A DNA stretch of 64,000 nt from Squalus acanthias (lineage: Eukaryota). This document shows, piece by piece, positions 60,475 through 64,000 of this stretch. The notes beneath the pieces are model-generated. The model saw only the letters and a program-made list of their open reading frames with translations. It did no database searches and was not told the origin of the DNA. Positions within the stretch are counted from its first letter, which is position 1. Every line of letters starts with the position of its first letter. The stretch lies in the NCBI GenBank assembly GCA_030390025.1, contig JASTWF010000369.1, positions 1 to 64,000 on the forward strand, written 5' to 3'. The translations under genes and the position numbers were made by a program.

Positions 60475-63200
60475 ATTGTCTCCCAGGCACTGCCGGCTTC
60501 GATCTCCCACTTAATTAAATTCAAGGGAAACACTGTATCTTGATAATATTACACGACACATATCACGTCTCAGGATTTACTTGTGTTCAGTTCTGTCTGA
60601 TCTGAACTCCGTACAATGATCAAACATTTAATATCTACATGCCTCGCATGGTCAATGTCTCCGAAATAATCTTTTCAACCAAAAGTGCTGTTCGTTATTG
60701 AATTGTAAGAAATTATCCCTCGTGGGAGTGGGTGGGGGTGGGGTTATCCCCTTCTGAGTTTTCATAGTTTTTATTTTAAATTACATTACTTTGTACCTTA
60801 CTGTATCTTACCGTTTAAATGTATTATTCAGGCAGTAATTGAAATTTAGCCATTAGATTTATTCTGATCTGACAACATGGGATTTTTCCCTTTTCATCAA
60901 ATTTAGAGGAATTTACTGAGCATCCCACCTGATCTCCAGTGTTACTCTCACAATCGGTGTCTAATTGTTCATCCGGGATGCACAAAATAGAGAAAGTAAT
61001 GTTTGGGTCAGAGCAGAAGCGGAACATCGCAACTCCTCCGTTTTTAACTCGTAGGTGAATTATCTTTGTTCGGTGAATGGCAGCAAACAGGCTCGGTCTA
61101 TTTTAACTGCCGCGTCTCATGAGCATGTTACTCGTGGTCTTTCCGAAATCGGGCTGAAGGTTGCTGCCATCGGGACCCTGGGAAACTGCTCCAACACAAG
61201 ATAAGAGGATGGATGGGACCTGGCAGTGAAAGCTCTATAAGGGGAGGCGGAAGCGAAGGGCAGGTGAAATCCAAGCATTCCTTGCGGTGCTCAGGGGAAA
61301 ACTCCTGTTCTTTCTGGCCCAAGACGAAACGTTCTTTTAACAAAATTGCATACCTTTGTGGGTTTGTTCTGCCTCGGACTGCTGTTCCCAGCAGGTTTGG
61401 CCCAGCGGGGAAGCCATTACTGTTCCCCACTAAGGCATCATGTAAATACGGCAGTTCGGCAGGCCGGATCTGCATATTCCACGAGGACCCTGTTGAGCTG
61501 GACCTTTAAAATTTCCGTCAGCCAGGTGTGGCTGGAAATAGAATGGGCTTTTGGGCAGCGTCATTTTAACTCCCCATTACCTCGCCTGCTTTCTACCAGA
61601 TGGGGCGATTTAAAATATGGGAACAATTCGATGAAGTTATGGCTTTGCAAATGCCTGAGTCGCAAAGGAGAAATAGAAAGGAGGAGAGTTCCTGCTTGGG
61701 GAATGGCAGGTATTTCAGTAACAAACAGATCAGTTTACAACCCATCAGCTCAACACTGCTACTCAGCAGATCAGAAAACGACTATTCTAAGGTCAGTCTT
61801 TGTCATTATTTCAGCAAATGAAACACAACGCAAACAGCTCCTGGCATTAAAAGGTGATAGGCGAACAGTGGAGGGACCACTGGGCAGATTTTACCATGCT
61901 AACCCGATAGAAAACTACCATTGCGGATCGGCCACTCGTTGTAGAAACCACCCGATTGTACATTTGACATGAGCACAAAATGGACAATAACACATTGGCC
62001 GTCCGTTTTATACCCTGTCTTGTCCTTTGACATCAATGGAGAAGGAAATTAGGTGGGATATTAAAAAGGTTGGTAATTTATTATCGCCTACTTTGCACTA
62101 CTGCAGAAGGCCAAGTTCACCCCCGTATTCTCAACCTGCTGTCCTGACATAAAACACAGGAAAGAGTATTGGGCGATTTCTATAAACAGTGGGCCCAAAT
62201 GTATCACCCAAGAAGGAATTTGAAAATCTACTCCCATATCACCCCATCAGATCAGAAATTGTTGATCAGTGTGAAAGGGCTGCAAGCGGAAGATTTGTGC
62301 GACAGGGCTTCGTTCACCTCTGGGAAAGGGTGATGCGTTTCTCGATGGATGTTGTAACTTATTGGCCCGGATATTCCGCTCGGAGACATACCGCGGGCGG
62401 AAGCCCCCGACCGGCAATAAAGAACCGCACCACTCTGGGCCCACGTAAAGTTCCATTGCAATCCTGAGGATTCCTGGGCAGCGTATGACGTCACGCCGCC
62501 CAGGATCGCAGCAAGAGTTTTTGCAAAAGTTGTTATGATCTGGAATACACTGCCTGAAAGGGTGGTGGAATCGGATTCAATAATAATTTTCAGAAGTGAA
62601 TTCGATGAATCCTTCAAGGGGACATTTTGCAGGGTTATGGGGAAAGAGCAGGGCAGTGGGTCTCAGTGGAAATCTCTTTCAAAGAGCCGGCACAGGCACG
62701 TGTTGCGTCATTCTAAGATTCTAATTGTTACGCCCTCTTTGACCTCCGCTCAAGGTCTGTTAATAACTCCAAAATGTCACCTTCTCTGCTGATCAGATGC
62801 ACACTACTGACTGTATCACTTTCTGTGTTTATCTGTGAATGTTCTTCGATCTCACGTGCACCATAGAATCCCCTTTATATAAATTAGATTTAATATGAAT
62901 TGGAGCACATAAAGACGCATTTTGTTGTAACTGAGATCTAGATGCAGCTAATATATATTAATTTATATGTAGCAAATATGTGCATTTAATACATCAAATG
63001 TCCTTGTATAAACCTGTAAATAAATATACACAGCTTAAAGAGTCTTGTACCATGATTGCAGAAGTGGGGATTGCGAAATATGTTGTTTGCAATGTATGAT
63101 GAGATTAATATACTGCACTCCTTACTCTTTCAACGTGCAATATCACTGCAAAATATCATATTCCCTGGCTAATAGGCATCAAGCCGGTTTGGCCGAATCT

Positions 63201-63278
63201 GTTTGTTCAAATGACTGTAACTAATGGCAATCATTATGTAATGCTCTTGTGTCGCTTGATGTTTCTCTCAGGTATAAA
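63201..63278 (+). promoter_or_regulatory. GPCR proximal promoter: GTTTGTTCAAATG (63201-63213) and TATAAA (63273-63278)
   Basis: Same motifs and similar spacing as upstream of 24455. Confidence 0.65.
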
Positions 63279-63350
63279 AACGACTTTGAATTGAAAATAG
63301 AAGTTCTGCGAGTCCACAACACGAACAGACAAGGACGCTTCTCTCCGAAA

Positions 63351-63420
63351 ATGGGACGGCCGGTAATCAGACAGATAGAAAGCATTTACTATCCGATTCT
63401 TGCAGTGATTGGCGTTCCTG
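63351..63420 (+). CDS. Intact GPCR exon 1 (MGRPVIRQIESIYYPILAVIGVP + G); exon 2 expected beyond the window
   Basis: 70 bp, AAAATGG start context, GTAAG donor at 63421; same length and phase as 24386-24455. Confidence 0.8.
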
Positions 63421-64000
63421 GTAAGACGCTTATAATCAGTTAATATTCATCATTAACAGTGTTTCACGGTATCACTGCCCCTGCAGTCGCTCCAATAATA
63501 TCATGTTAGTTTGGATGTGCTTGTTTTGTGGACATCGATTAATGCCACCAAAGAAATAAAACAAAATGCTCCAAGATTCTGCCATATTCCTCTTGGACCG
63601 GATTTTGTGGCAGTATTAACGGTGACGTCAGCAGCGCTCACCGTTATCGACGTGAACTCGGGCAACATCTTCCAGCGACCGCACCTGCGCAGTTAAGCGC
63701 GGAAATCAGGAGGTTGCTGTCCGTGATGCCCTGTTCGTCCAAAAGGGGCGCAATTATAGTATCTTACCAAGAGATTCAAATACGTTGAATGGTGTGAGGT
63801 TGCTGTATGTAATTGATAATTAAATGGCCGCTATATGTTGATGCCGGGCAAGGTCATTGCCTGCTGGCAATTAGTCGTAAAATTTGTGCTTATAGCGCAT
63901 TGCTGCAGCTTCTGAAACTGCGTGATGTATTAAAAAGGGCCGCATTTTGCTGTAAAATTATAGTGAGGCTAATAGCAATCACCGTTATCACCCAAAATGG

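Noticed and set aside
61346..61972. 208-aa plus-strand ORF
   Set aside because: No recognisable domain, non-ATG start, overlaps GC-rich repeat-like sequence.

Overview
Repeat-dense vertebrate DNA, most consistent with a cartilaginous fish (shark); this is inferred from the repeat families and gene types, not from a search. Host genes: (1) a birth-and-death cluster of two-exon class A GPCRs resembling the GPR139/GPR142 group, with one intact gene on the minus strand (exon 1 24386-24455, exon 2 22132-23042, 326 aa), an intact exon 1 on the plus strand (63351-63420, rest beyond the window), and pseudogene copies at about 1984-3810 and 55079-55148; all share a compact promoter. (2) A decayed TRIM/B30.2 (PRY-SPRY) pseudogene at 10064-12935. 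The rest is mostly nested mobile DNA: many CR1 LINEs (two young), Penelope-like GIY-YIG elements and palindromic non-autonomous derivatives carrying hammerhead ribozyme motifs with 11-15 bp target-site duplications, a MITE family, LTR-like pieces and a 46-bp satellite. The most unusual items are a 318-bp inverted repeat with a hammerhead in each arm (34690-35500), a LINE whose 5' end is a tRNA-derived Deu-type SINE head instead of ORF1 (46810-50044), and a head-to-head inverted duplication of a GPCR promoter plus exon 1. All coordinates and similarities were read by eye.
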